Counted from the first letter of the whole stretch, positions 34,285-48,160 are shown. The stretch: 62,083 nt of DNA, filler included, from Asterionella formosa (GCA_002256025.1; 13 parts of 13 records of this genome joined end to end with filler, not necessarily neighbours in it); one strand, 5' to 3'. The notes: generated from the sequence alone by a model not told the origin. Numbers and translations are program-made.

Positions 34285-35738
34285 ATGCTAAGAGCCTTTG
34301 GTTGGAAAACAAAACTGGAGAAATCTGTCAAACGGTTGAAAGCGAATGATCCAAGTTTGACTACACTAGATCTTAGCTGGAATTCAATTGGTGTTGACGG
34401 AGCCAAGGCCATTGCAGAGGCTCTCAAGGTCAATACTGTCTTGACTAAACTTGATGTCGATTATAATTCAATTGGTAATAATTTACTAAATGATATTCAA
34501 AAACTGGTTCAAAACAAGAACCGCAAACCAACAGCAGCCAACACAGCTGAACTCATTTCTGAAGGTCGATCGAAAATGAAGGAAGCTATGGACAATGTGG
34601 ATTCAAGACCAATCGAGCTTCCTAAGGAATTCATTATTAGTTGTACAAACAACTTTGCTGAAGATAAAAAACTTGGTCATGGTTCTTTTGGTGCTGTCTA
34701 CGAAGGCAGGGATGACAATCGGGATTTTGCTGTGAAATGTATTCATTTCCATTTAGTTTTTTTGGAAGATCAGAAAAAAGAAATTATTAAGAGTTTTGAA
34801 AACGAATTGCAGGTAAGCTCATCCGTAGTATTATCTATTACAGGTTGTCTAAGTCTTTTACATTTTCTCATTCTTCTATCATACTGTTCCAGGTATTAAA
34901 GAGGTTCCAACACCCTCATATTTTAAAGAGGTTCCAACACCCTCATATTTTAAAGAGGTTCCAACACCCTCATATTGTAACTTTGTATGGCTTTCATTTG
35001 TCCCCTGTTTTCTCTGATCAACACGTGGTATCTGATCAATACCTGGTGTATGAGTTATTATCTGAGGGGTCACTTGATACATTCTATAAGAGTGAACAAA
35101 AAAGATCAAGTCTTACAAGTAAGATCCGACTTCGAATCATGAACGAAATTATTTCTGCCATCGACTTCCTTCATGCTATAAAAACGGACGGCCACACTCT
35201 GTTTCATCGTGACATCAAGTCATCTAATATCTGCCTTGATCAGAACTATACTGCCAAGCTGATTGATTGTGGCTTAGCCAAGTTTGTGCCTAAAGGTAGC
35301 TCAGTAATAACCAATCCAATTCCTTCAGTTTGTTACACAGCAGGTGATGGAACATATGGGACACCTGCCTACACATGTCCATTTCATTTTCAGGGTGGAA
35401 AAGTTGAAGCATCATGTGATGTTTACTCATTTGGAATTGTAATGATTGAGCTTGTGACAGGCTGCCTCCAAAATGATAGGACAAAGTTGGGACAGTTCTC
35501 TGAACACTACTTACCACATGATTATGAAAGAACTCCAGCAGAGGTAGTAAAGGAGGCAATTCCAAAATTGGTAAAGGATGCTGATCTTCTAGCAAAGGAA
35601 TGGGAAGATGGAATTCTGGCCTCTGTTTGCAAATTAGCCATTCATTGCATTCAGAACAATCGCATGAGGAGACCAACGACTAGTGAATTGGTTAAAAAGT
35701 TGGGTCGACTTGCAAGGCCAACAGATCATGTTGAGTGA
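34285..35738 (+). CDS. LRR-Ser/Thr kinase (IRAK/Pelle-like), 2 exons: 34285-34812 and 34893-35738
   Basis: Two LRRs, then GHGSFGAVY and AVK. Phase-0 intron GTAAGC...CCAG at 34813-34892. Then HRDIKSSN, LIDCGLAK, YGTPAY, DVYSFGIVMIEL and RRP. Confidence 0.85.
34894..34974 (+). repeat. 27-bp in-frame triplication in the kinase (ILKRFQHPH x3)
   Basis: t(a/t)ttaaagaggttccaacaccctcata three times. Confidence 0.92.
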
Positions 35739-35994
35739 TGTGAATCACCACAAATGATAATTGCCTTTGACAATCCTAACATGAATGAAAGCATTTAACA
35801 ATGTTTTTTGTGTGCCAACAATTCTACTTTGTGGGAATTGCAATGCAGAGCTGATATAGGCAATGCAACAATTATCAAAAGTGAACAAGTGAAGTTGATC
35901 AGATTGTATCATTATAATTATTTTGAGCTAGTTAGTCTAACACGTCCCAAACAACCATACAGTGGAAATACTGGAACAATGAATGTGAGTGAAA

Positions 35995-36540
35995 GTACTG
36001 TACTATATCTTGTGTGTGGCAAAGATTCTACTTTTGTTTCCATGTGCAAAGATCATTTCATATGCCAACAATGCTTTGAGAATCATGTCTGTGCGCATCT
36101 TGGTGATAAGACCATTTGGTGCCCAATCAATGGTTGTGACAAATTCTTTTCTAATACAGACATGATCCAGAGCCTGATCTTGTCTAGCAATCTGTATGAC
36201 CTTCATGGGAAGAAACAAGATGAAAATGAGAAATGGTCCAAACTCTTGCAAAACCAATCACGAATTTCTGGAAAAGATGTCTCATTTAGAGTCACAAGTT
36301 ACAAAGGCCCTTGCTAATCTTACTGCTGGAGTAAAGGCAATCAAAACTGTCTTTATTGTACCACTCAATGAAAAAGTGGAACCAATCTGGAAATGGCCAA
36401 AACTTTGGATAAAAACTGAAGTTCAGATATTCTTTGTTTGTCAGCATTCAGGTGTTGATGTAAAAGAAGCCGCATCAGCTGTTCCAAGATCCACCAATAT
36501 TTCCAATACAGTCCAGTTAGTTGTAGTTGGTTCATGATTC
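35995..36540 (+). pseudogene. RING/IBR-like zinc finger plus a C-terminal module; a likely disrupted continuation of the LRR-kinase gene
   Basis: VCGKDSTFVSMCKDHFICQQCFENHVCAHLGDKTIWCPINGC. After a frameshift comes VFIVP...KLWIKTEVQIFFVCQHSG. Confidence 0.5.
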
Positions 36541-37354
36541 AAATCAAGGCATCATACTAGGTGAGTCTTGCCTCCATTGAATGGATTGAATTCATTATTA
36601 GCGAGCATGCCAAAAACAAAGACCAGCAGCTGATCTGGAACATTCTCAGCTTGGAAGAAAAAGCTCCACCAATCTGGAATATTCTCAGTTTGGCATGCTT
36701 CTAGCATGCGCAATTGCTTGAGTTCTCCAACATCGTCAAGCAAGGGATGCATGATGCAGAAGCGGCAAAATGTCATGCCGTGTTCATGAAAAAGTGGATC
36801 AGCAGTCATCAAGGGTTGCAATTTTTAATTGATTGAAGGAGCCTGGAAACGCAATATGTAAACAATGGACTTACACTTGTTTCAACCAGCATATGCAGAG
36901 CAAGCTGGGCATACAATTTGCAAATAAAAAGTACAATTTGCAAATAAAAAGTATTTTACATATAAGAACAGGGGTGCATATCATATGATAACTGGCACAA
37001 AAAATTTCTCTGCATGCATGATACATCTTTTTTATATGTATGATAAATGCATACTATGAATGTTAACAGGCTAATTTTACTCATAATAATCAAAACACCC
37101 TATAATAATAAAACACTGTCGTATGATGCACATTCTTTCATCATATATCTATCCTTCCATGATGGTGTCTCTAATTAACATAGCTGTTGAAAATAGGTTG
37201 AAATGGATGGTAACTCTCATCGAAACAGCTGTTAAAAAGAGGTTGAAATGAATTGTAATTGTACTGTTATATCATCAATTAATTTTTATGTTTCTACATT
37301 TTGTGTGGTTAAACAGCCAATGTTCCCCTTTTCTATTGTCTCAATGCTCTTGTT

Positions 37355-37560
37355 ACATGCCTCCCGCCTCCCTTCAATGATAATGAGGATGCATGCCTCC
37401 TCCGCCTCCCTTCAATTCTTGTGAGGTGCATGCCTCCTCCGCCTCTCTTCAATGTTTTTGATGCATGCCTCCTGCTTACCTTCAATGTTTTTGAGAATTC
37501 ATGCCTCCCTCCCCACATTCCACCTTCAAAGCTCTTGATGCATGCCTCCCGCCTTTCTTC
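37355..37560. repeat. Degenerate minisatellite, unit about 30-36 bp
   Basis: About 6 copies of gatgcatgcctcc(t)ccgcctcccttcaatg variants. Confidence 0.75.
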
Positions 37561-39469
37561 CACTTTGATTCTGAAACTTGTCTGACTACTTGCTGAAAAT
37601 CCCATTTTCTTTTGATCCAATTCTGAATTTGAATGCGCTATTCCAATCTTGTATTATCCATGTTGATTTCCTAATCATACTCACAATGAGAAGGAATTAC
37701 TCACTCATTAGCCATGTTTTGTTTATACCTCGCTCAACACTGCAGTCCCATTTAATCATGCTTCACTTACCACAAATTGATGAACTTTTTGATCAATGAA
37801 CCATTCCACCAATTTCATTTATAACTTACAACAAAACTGTTTGATTGAAAATATCCTGAAAGATTAAAAAACACACATGTGTCTATGATTGAGAATGAAA
37901 CAGATTTCTTTGTACAAGTGCAGGTGTTATTCAGCAATAATCTCGTCTATATAAGTCTACATACACTTGAATTGTTCATAGTCAATATTCGTGAAGATAT
38001 TCAGACCGATGACCATGTCGATAATCAGCTATTTCTCCATCAAAATGGCAAAGGAGTCGCTGCGCTTTTGCGGTCTAAGATATCATTGTACGAACGATGT
38101 AATAGAAAAGGAAATATAGATATATCTTTAAAATTGCATAAGAAATTACGAATCAACAATGTAGAAGAGGAACATTCGTCATTTTATATGATTGCAAACA
38201 GAACTATTGATTTGTTACGGCAACGACNNNNNNNNNNNNNNNNNNNNNNNNNNNNNNNNNNNNNNNNNNNNTTAATTAATTAANNNNNNNNNNNNNNNNN
38301 NNNNNNNNNNNNNNNNNNNNNNNNNNNAGTAGGCAGGACATCTGCGCTACTGTTATGCAATGCTTCTGGCGCTGTCTTAACTTCAATTTTGTCTTGGGAA
38401 GCCATGGCGCTGCAATTGTAAATCAGAATACCGGCAGTAAGGAGGAAAGAATAGTAGTCTGGGAATGTTTTGATATACTGGTATTACTCTACCGGTAGTC
38501 GTTTCTCCATCAGTGACGAAGAGACCGAGATTTGAGAATTACTGGTAATATTTGTCAAGTCTTACCTGTGCGTACCTGGTACAAGGTACATATCTACACC
38601 TGCTATCTAGCTTACAGGGTCATACCAAGGTTACCTCGTACTGCAGGATTCTACCTTTACTTAGACAAAGATTCAGCTAAATATCTCGATTAGCGGATCT
38701 TCCAGGAAGGCCCGGTCGCATACTTTTTTCTTTCACGTATTCAGTTTCGACTCACTCTCAATGACTAGACCCATGCCTTCTGGACGAGATATGATGGCTT
38801 TCCATTCCAAGCTCTCTTCCATACTAACTATAACTATGTGGATAGCAGCAGTCTCTTACATTTTCGTATCTCCTTCTATGCTGAATCTCAATTGTAGATG
38901 TAGTATGTGAGAATTTAAAATGTCAACAAGCGAGAACAAGTAGGATGTGTTTATTTACGAATTGATTGGCAAGAACGTAATGCTGGTCGATGGAACAGAT
39001 TTGCTTACTATGTGCACTGTGTGCTGAACCATTCCGATTTTGTATGATGATTTCTTCTCTGTAAACTCTTAATTGAATGATTATGAAGAACATAAGGTGC
39101 ACTCCACATGATGATTACTCAAAGATAATAATGATCACTTGACCAACAATTGAAAGCATTATTGCAAACAATCATTCCACTTGTCATCACTAGTATTTAT
39201 TGTTGCTACAAAAATCGGCATGAGGACTGATGAAGATGACAAGCCAAAGTACATTACTTTAGCTAGTGCATTTTCCTACCAATTTAAATACATGAACCAA
39301 ATAGAAACAATACATATAATATTTAAATATACATAGTCAAAAGGGTTACTTTTTAATTTATGAGGGCATTTGTCAACATTATTAGATAATATAACGAAAA
39401 ATTATGATCAGATGACCATAATTCTATGATGCATCACAGGAATATGATGGTTTTTATTTGCAGACGCCA

Positions 39470-40260
39470 CCATGATCATATCCCCAATCCCACCTCCACC
39501 AAACCGGTCTGACCTTCTGATGCAGGCTTCCAACAAATTTGGCTGTTTTTTTCAACTCCCCATGCCACATCTTACTCCGATCCCACCAAACTATTCCTCA
39601 CTGGAAATCGTTGCTGCTCTCTGCCAAATCTTCATGACTGTCTCTTTTTACAACTGTCACGCTTCTTTTCTTACTATATCTGGGAATCCAGACAATCATC
39701 TTACTATGGATCACATTACAGCACCTAGCTCTGCTCAAACTCTTCAGCACCTGATTCGACTGAACAACTTTTTATATCTACTCCGTGGTATCAGGAATTT
39801 AAATGAACGAATCGTTAAAGGAAGAATCCATTTGCGCACCTGCAAAGTCACCTCTGTTCGCCTAAACCTCATTGAGACTTCCCACGCACCCTACCTGGAC
39901 ACTCCAAGTAGATAAGTTCTTCGGAGACCTACCCACTGATTGCGGCTGGCTTTTATACTCCTTGTCTAGAATGAACCGAAATGATCTGCAGCTTCAACTC
40001 GCTCACAGAACCTAGTATGACAATGTTGCAGTAACGCCATTTCCAAACCTTCATATTCAAATTTTGTTATCCATTCTGTAACCTTTTCTTGATTGTCATA
40101 GCTGGGAACATTCACTTTGGACAAGGCACAACCGGACCTGGGGTTGAATATTTGTTTAAGCCATTGATATTCCCTCTTCAATTGTTACGCATGAATAATT
40201 AATTTGAGTTGGCTAGCTTCCTTTCTTGTCAGCTTGGAGTTGCGGCAAGCTACCATTGGT
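39470..40260. mobile_element. Probable non-LTR retrotransposon (LINE) remnants in both orientations
   Basis: The minus frame LSKVNVP...EGLEMALLQHCHTRF resembles the EN-RT linker of algal LINEs. Broken plus-strand frames at 39472-39960. No YxDD is visible. Confidence 0.35.
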
Positions 40261-40399
40261 GCCAGTTCCGTTTCCAACTCCTGTGGCAGTCATCTTACAT
40301 TTACAGATTGTTTTTGAATGGTGCTGATGGCGATCTCGCTCGCCTGTACCACCACATTGATTTCCACTGACATATTCAAATCTTGACTTATCTCATTGA

Positions 40400-42470
40400 T
40401 TAGCACGGCCGGTTCTTAGAGCCTGGAGGACTTCCATGCTTTCTAACTACACTGACCACTGGATTGATAACAAAGCATATGTAGCTAGCGGTCGAGAAGT
40501 GGCTTCCACAAGTCTTTGCAATAAAACGGGAACTTGATCAACATCTACCGAATATAGGGTCTCTTGGATTGAGTTCAGCCGTTTCTGTCGTGGAGAGGAG
40601 ATGTTGGCTGCTGGGGATGAAGTCTCGTACTGAAGCATCCAATGCTCGTGAAAATCGGCGCTTTGGAATGTTCCGGAGCTCTCCATTTTGTCGTAGATAG
40701 TATTTGTGCATAGGTTACCATATTTTGTGCTGAAGTTACATTTGCAAATTGATTTTTCAACATTCTTGGCAGCTTTAAATTCCACCATGAACAAATCTAG
40801 GGCATGTTGCGACATTTTTCGAGTCAATGCAGCAATCAATGGGTTAGACTACCGGTGGGTTATCTGCATTGTCTCTTTCCCTATCAAATCATTAATCTCT
40901 GTGAGTTGGTTGTCAAGCATTGTGTCTATCTTTTTTTGAATAGACAGAAGCAAGTCATTATTGATTTCTTTGAGATACTTCTTCAAAACAGCATGGTTGC
41001 CTTCAATTCTAGAAGTGGTAACTGACCCAAGATGGATGTGTTCCAAGTTCTGGTAATATATTCTAAGGAATGTTTTGCAATAGAGTTGTACTTATCCTGG
41101 AAGACCTGCCAATTATTTAAGTCAATTTGTTTCCCAGAATAAAGGAGAGAATTCCAGTCGGACATAAAGTTTTTGAACCTTTCCTCAGAGTCCCATTCAT
41201 CTGTCATGGTGTTCATAAAAATATTGGTGTTGATACGTCAAATGCATAGCAAATGTATGCGATTCGGGAAAACACTATTAATGGCATTCATCAGCGCAAG
41301 CAAGCTCTCGGTCTGTGATTAGAAATTTAGGCCCAACAATTGACCCAAATGCTTCAAGAGCCCATTGATAATCTTATTCTTTTTCGGGAGACAAAAAAAA
41401 ACCAGCATTGATTGTTTTGAAGGTGGAAGTGAACCCAACAATTTTCAGTAACGGCATCCCAAATCGATTTGTCTTGTAGGTACAATCCATCATAAACACA
41501 TATTTGTACCTGCATGTTGAGAAAGCCAGCATGCTTTCCTTCGAGAAAAACAATGCTTTCAAATTGCCATTTTCGCCTAGTTTCACTTTAAAAGTATATC
41601 CACCAGTTGAAATCAAATCATAGAGTGCTTGTACTGGGGTTATCCCATTGAGAAATTCTTTCCTGGCAGCTGCCTTCATTCGAAAATTCTCTTGCTGTAG
41701 TTAGCCGGTTGCCTGTTGTGAACTTCAAGTGAGTCTGGATTTGTGAGGTGGTCACCCCAGCTTTGGCCATATCTCGGACAATGGCTTTCTCCACCTCTGT
41801 CAATCTTCTTGCTGCCGAGTACCCAGCAACATGTTCAGTGTTTTCATGGTTGTGATCTGGAACAGTTTCGCCTTTTAAAGTCCACATCTTCGTCTTCTTG
41901 CTGTATGTGGCTCTGGCCTTGAAAGGGCAATCTGTCAGTTTTGGGCTGGTTTGTCTTTGCCGAGTTGCATCATTCAGATCAAGGCGGTTATAATAGACTC
42001 CTCCATGATAGCATCCGAAAATAATTCGTCTACTGTCACTGCCTTTGTACAACTTCAAAAACACGTTCATATCCTTCTAATACTTGGTAGCTAACAGTTT
42101 CAATGCATTTTTCTAGAGAATCAAATGTGACTTGATCCATCAGATTTACCTAGGATAAAATTTCATCTCCCTCCTCTGTATTGTCTCCAATAGGTTCTGA
42201 CAGCTTTGGTTGAGGCATCAGAATCAATTCGAACACAATGATGTGCATGTGTTTGTGTAGCACAGCAGTGTTGTCAAGGAGCCAACTAAGCAAGATTTGT
42301 GTGGCAAAAAAGTATTGGTGTTTTATTCGAAGACTATGTAGGCTAGTAGTAGGGTTTAAGGGTTTATCAAGAAGAGGGGGACGAAATATCGAACTAGTAG
42401 GGGGCGAAATATCTTTTTCCTATATATATACACGTGATATAATAATTTTTTATTACAAGAGCGCGCCCAC
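40400..42470 (-). mobile_element. Mutator/MULE (FAR1-type) transposon, frameshifted transposase, one TIR
   Basis: KLTDCPFKA...HNH (FAR1), MDCTYKTNRFGMPL, ITDRE, HLGSVTTSRIEGNHAVLK and SWIM-like CKCNFSTKYGNLC. Terminus gtgggcgcgctcttgtaataaaaaattattatatcacgtg ends at 42470. Confidence 0.88.
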
Positions 42471-43105
42471 TACGCACTCCTCTGCAGTATGCAGTTTAGC
42501 TAATATGTCAGTATACGTATGCTGCATCTATGGCACCGGCACCGGCACAGGCACAGGATTGGAAGTGTACTACCGGTACATGGATGAAAGGAGAACTCTT
42601 TTGACCTCATATGATGGCGCGCCAAAATATTGTTCCTGGTGGGGTTGCCTTGCTTGTCGTTGCAATTAGTGTACATTTAATGACCCGAATAGTTTTGATA
42701 ACCAGGTATTCGCTCCTCATAGAAGGTACACCCTGGTACTGGAGTATCATATATACCAGGTACTTGTAGCAAGTATGGATGCAATGTGTGCTGTGCATGG
42801 TCGATGCACCGGTTTTACTTTTCTTTTAAAAAGCAAATCGAGGAATCATGTGCAAACGCATAGTGTGCACGCTGTTGGAAAGATTTAATTGCTTCTTCCA
42901 TCATGGGAAAGAAAGAATTAGCAAACGGCGCTTTATTTGAGTTCATCACAGTAAGGGAGTCGGATCGCAACATTGCTGAAAAGGAAGTCAGTGGTGATGT
43001 GNNNNNNNNNNNNNNNNNNNNNNNNNNNNNNNNNNNNNNNNNNNNTTAATTAATTAANNNNNNNNNNNNNNNNNNNNNNNNNNNNNNNNNNNNNNNNNNN
43101 NACAG

Positions 43106-43390
43106 ATGACCCGAAATGGAGGAGGCATACAAATAAATGAAGCAAACCATAGCACCATGACTCCTGCTGCTAAGCTCAATCTGACAGAAGGAATTTCCGG
43201 ATCATTGACCAACCAAATTGTGGAGTATCATATTAAGAGGGAAGATGCAAGAAGTAGAGCAAATGCAAACGAAAATGAAAGGCGGAAAAGGCGAGCAACT
43301 GCACAAGGCGGAATTGACCAGCACGAAAGGATGACTGAAGGGCTGCACTTCCTCGCTGTTGGGAATACAAGTTTGTGTCCAACTTAACTT
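43106..43390 (+). mobile_element. Fragment of a pogo-like ORF related to 33060-33310
   Basis: LNLTEGISGSLTNQIVEYHIKREDAR...KRRATAQGGIDQHERMTEGL aligns with LNLQTGFSGTIVGRINKFCKCEDVR...QRRETADSHIEGHKKRIAAGL. Confidence 0.5.
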
Positions 43391-45209
43391 GCACACATAC
43401 GGGAGACTCATTGGAGGCAGCAAATTTTTCGGAACCACATTTCCGACACTGTTTACGACACTCGTTCAAATTTATATCTAAAGTGACATATTTGTCTTAC
43501 TCTTCTAAAATGTTATGGCACTTCTTTCTGAATTTAGTTGGTTTTAACAACAATTTATATGTCCTAAATCAATTTTTTCACCAATTAAATAATTATGTGT
43601 TCAAACCAATAATTATGTGTTTTCGCGACAATATGCGCTGACCAACTAGTCGTTGCTACAGTATTATGGCGAAATTAGCTATGCTGCTTCGTGGCCATTT
43701 GATGCTCGTCTCACCACATAATTAAATAAAGAGTCCCTACTTTCGATTCAATTATTATTTTGAAGCGATCCAAGAATTCTCTGTGTATTTTCATATCTCT
43801 TCCTTCAACTAGTGCCCTAGCTATGTGTTTACTAGGTCGATGATTAAACATTTTGTCTTGACCATGGCAAACTTATTAGACCGAATATCTCAACAAAAAT
43901 CGACAATCAACTATTGCTATTTCGTACATGTATCTTTTAGTAGCCTAACATAGATGAGTTAATCGCTCAATAATAAAATCTTTTGTATTAATATTGTCGA
44001 CAAAAATTGAAATTTCTGCTAGCATTTGCTTTTGTCGTCGTTTGCTCAGTTTTGAGTATAAGAACAAAGTAGAGAAATAGTTGATTCCGCGGTGGGTCGT
44101 TTGATAACTTTTACGAGGTAACTATTTCTATCTACTGTACAAATGGATCAGAAAACTTTACCCAACGAATTCTCAGAAGTGGTACAACAGCTCAAGATGC
44201 AAGAAGATACCTCAAGGTATTTTTTGTACTGATTTTCATATATGTACTAATTGTCATGGATAATCTTTCTATTGAATCTTGAATAGTAGGTCATTTTGAA
44301 GTAAAATATAGACCTACATGTAGACAGACAGCATTGCATTGCTTATTCTTTATGTGACTACAAAATTCCTATTGCATGAATAGTCATAAATTACACTGAC
44401 TAAGTAATTAACCATTTTCGTAAACTTTTTTGCAAGAAAAGTTATTTCTCATCAATGTGAACCTTGATGATATTTCTTGCCATTGGCTATTCTAGCACTG
44501 GGATTTTTAACACCAGATGTTAATTCAAATGAAACCCTGTTGAGTGAACTACTTTTTGCCAACTTCAATCAATTGTAAACACTAAGGAAGAGGGTGAGTT
44601 TGCCAAGATGTGTGAAGCAATAAACCTCTTAGTTGCATTGATGGTAAAAATACCTGAAACCCTTCAGAAATTGGTCCAGTTCACAGGCTTTCTTTGTGGG
44701 ATGCCTTATCGTCTATGGGGAATGCTATTCTGGAAGTCAAAGGTGAGGAACCAAATCTGTCTCCCAGTTTTCTCAAATGTCTTCATGATTTTTAAGCAAA
44801 TCAATAAATTTACAAGAAGGAAATAGTTTTTAAGTGCTAGACCTTCGGCCAGGCAAACTTAAGGATCGCATCAAAGCAATTGGGACAGACCTTCTCCCCC
44901 ATCATACTCAGTCCAATGACAAAGCGCCCCTTAAAACAGGATCAAAGTAGTGGAATGATCTCCGAGTCCTTAATCCGATGGAGTTGCATGGGGATGAGGA
45001 TCTGTTTTGGTCTGCTGGAAGGTTTGCCATCATCCTCAAAGACAGATAACCAACAGGGGTCTCTTGTTGTCAGACTGCTGGAACACGAACTTGATTGAGA
45101 CTCATGTCCGCACCCTTCTGGCGGAGTTAAATGATCAGGCCATTAGGTTTGGTAGCCTGAGACTTCGGTCACTAGGTGAAGTGAAGAGTTAGTAAAGGTG
45201 CAAACTGGA

Positions 45210-45320
45210 GTTACCAAATTTGGTCAACACAAACACTAATTTTGGGGTTATGAGTACATCAGTTTATGTTGTAGTACACATTATACAATATTTATTTATT
45301 TATTACCAGAGCGCACCCAG
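45210..45320. mobile_element. Isolated MULE-family TIR
   Basis: Its reverse complement aligns with 60434-60540 (accaaatttggtcaacacaaacac.aattttggggttatg.gtaca...cagag.gcacccac/g). Confidence 0.6.
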
Positions 45321-45837
45321 TATCATTTATGCATACCGTATGCCTGCATGAATATTGATTAGCATGCGTGCATGATTCTCAACTCCAAGCATTACCACGC
45401 GTAAGCGAGGAGACCCGCCACTGTAGAATAAAACGGCATCCGAAGATATCATGGTTATACGGATAGTTTATATTACTATAGGTATCGCCCAAGACACTAA
45501 GGGATAGACCTCCCTCCTAGACTGGGAGTCCGAAAGCTCATTGTTGTAATAGAATGACGAGACATGATAAACGGTGGTGTATTATAGTCCTATCTGCTTA
45601 ATATATTACTCCGAGTTTTCCGGAGTTGCAGTGCCACTGTTCCTTGCATCTCCAGGAGTCGTAGATGATAGTCTCGTTTTCAATAATTTTGGTTCTAATA
45701 ACTGTATGATGAGTTCAGCCATGTAACCCGATGCATTTAAAAATTGTAAGCCATGACCAATATCCTGCTGGCGGAGTCAGATAAAAGAAGATACAAGTGA
45801 TCGAGGTTGACAAACCTGAAGACTTTGTTAGAAAACG

Positions 45838-47131
45838 TCAAAACGACCCACTAGTATCCATGTCTGGCGACTCAGTGTCAGATCTGAGGAGCTCTCCATT
45901 AAAGAGATCGAAATCGTCAACAGGCTCGGCGCTGATACTCGGCAGTGCCTCATGGTTTACAGAGTGACGGTAGCTGGCATTTTGCATCGGATGGCTGGTA
46001 TATCTGGGATATCCCCCATACATAATCGTTGGGTGACGAAGCGGCTGGTTTTCTTGTTGTTCATAAGCGATCCATGCATTTTCATAGTACCGGCGCCTCT
46101 TGGATGAAGAATGATACATCGGCTGCTGTTGGTAGTGCGCAGCTGGCATGGACCTCATCGGTGTTGGGGGTTCGTCCCGCATTGACCTCATCGGTGTTGG
46201 AGCTTCTCCTACTATGGACCTCATTGGTGTTGGGTGTTCTTCACGCATGGACCTCATTGGTGCTGGGGATTCTTCTCGCGTGGACCTGTGCAGATTAGTA
46301 GGGTAGCCTTCCCAATCTCTAGGACGTCGCCGACGATACATCTCCATTATTGGAGGCGCCGATCTGGACCGCTGCTGTTTTTCTGAAAGCGTCTCCATAT
46401 CTTTTTCAAGTTCACCCTCGCTAGCATCCGCAGCTGAATTCATTCCCACCGCAACCGCATCTCGCAAAACCTGCGAGGCCTTTTCACGTGCTACCTCGTC
46501 ACCCACATCTTCCCAAAAGCCTGCATCGTCCTTCTTGAGGAATCTACCTGGCGGATCCAACTCTCGAACGCGCCTCACTAGCTCGCGAGATATATAGGAC
46601 TTGCCCTTCTTCGAAGACATGCGGTAGTTCTCGGCCTGAGAGCGAGCCATGGTACGAAGCTTCTCGTTTCCGCACCATTGATTGTTTTTCCCACCTCGTC
46701 CCATCAGGACATCGTGGCCATGAGGCTCCATGTGCTCTGACTCTGTCGGCAAATGATGCAGAAGCGCCTGCTTGTATTGGTTGTCGTCGTACTCCTGGTG
46801 GCAAGGCAAGAAAAACAAGAAAAGAGTGGTCAGAACGACTGCAGTGAAATAAAACATTTATACGAATCGTAGATACGGATAAACACGACTTCGTCTCAGT
46901 GACTTCCGACCATGACTCTTATTCGAATGATGCGCCTACCTCTCTTTCCAAGACAACCTCCACACCGTACGTTCCATGCAAAAAATCTTCAAAGTCTGGA
47001 TTATTCCTGTTTTTACGGGTGATTGAAGGGGGCATTGCTAGTGAGTTTCCGCAACATGTGTACCGGTAATTGTTTTCAACCCAACGTCGCATTGTGTGTG
47101 CATCAGATTCAGAGAAAAGTGATGCTTCCAT
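45838..47131 (-). CDS. DUF6824-domain protein (diatom family); probable exons 47131-46940 and 46794-45838
   Basis: DVLMGRGGKNNQWCGNEKLR...PPGRFLKK...AREKASQVLRD. Phase-0 intron GTAGGC...CCAG at 46939-46795. Internal 33-bp repeats (PTPMRSM) at about 46148-46290. Confidence 0.82.
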
Positions 47132-48160
47132 TTATATATGACAAAAGATCAAAGAACGATGTACATTTATCGGGGAGCGATGGTCGCACAGTAACAGCTT
47201 AAGTACAGTGCCGATCGTGTTTTCAACCATCTATTCAGTACCGAATTACGTAGAAAACGACAAGAAAGCGAGCCAGTCGGCGCAATCTTGGAACGACGTC
47301 GACTCACTCGACTGGTTTTCCTACAAGACTCCCTTCGAAACCCTTGACAATCATCAATTTCCCCTCTTTATGCATCATGATTGATACAATGAGGTCATGA
47401 GTTGCAACAGCCTATTATTGATTGCCTGTCTACGATAAATTTGCCGCGAACCCAAGAAAAGGTAGAGCTCCATGTTGTCATTGAGGCCGTACAGAAAGTA
47501 CCTTGTGCCCAAGAGGTCACTCGTAGTAGGTCCTTAGACTATTGGCGTGCACCGAGCGAGCAAGCTGTCCACGAACCACTCCGACCGTGGCGGATGGCTA
47601 TTGCGACATTTGAATATACCAACGACAAAGAAAATGTCGACATGAAAATGGTGATGAACTTACCCCATCGACTGAATTGACGCTTCGAGACTAAAGCTGC
47701 TAAAAATCGATGGTTTGTTGACGTGATGGGGTGATTCGAATTGAATTCCTGACGAAACACTGATTTGTTTATTNNNNNNNNNNNNNNNNNNNNNNNNNNN
47801 NNNNNNNNNNNNNNNNNTTAATTAATTAANNNNNNNNNNNNNNNNNNNNNNNNNNNNNNNNNNNNNNNNNNNNCTTCTTGTGTTACAATGGGCTCAACAC
47901 TGAAAACGGCAATCTCGGGTTCAACACCCTTCTCGTCCTTGATAGTCATCCTTGCCTTCGTGGGGTCAGGATGCGAAAGAAGCAAAATATATCTGTGTGT
48001 ATGTCACGGTTGCGGCCCCGCACTTACACATTGCGAGGTCTACTATTTTCCAAAATACTTTTTTGATGTACCTCAATCAACACATTACGAACAACTAAAT
48101 AAAATAGTTAAAGGTAAAATTAGCGTTCACCAATACATTGCACCAGTTAGAATATGCTTA

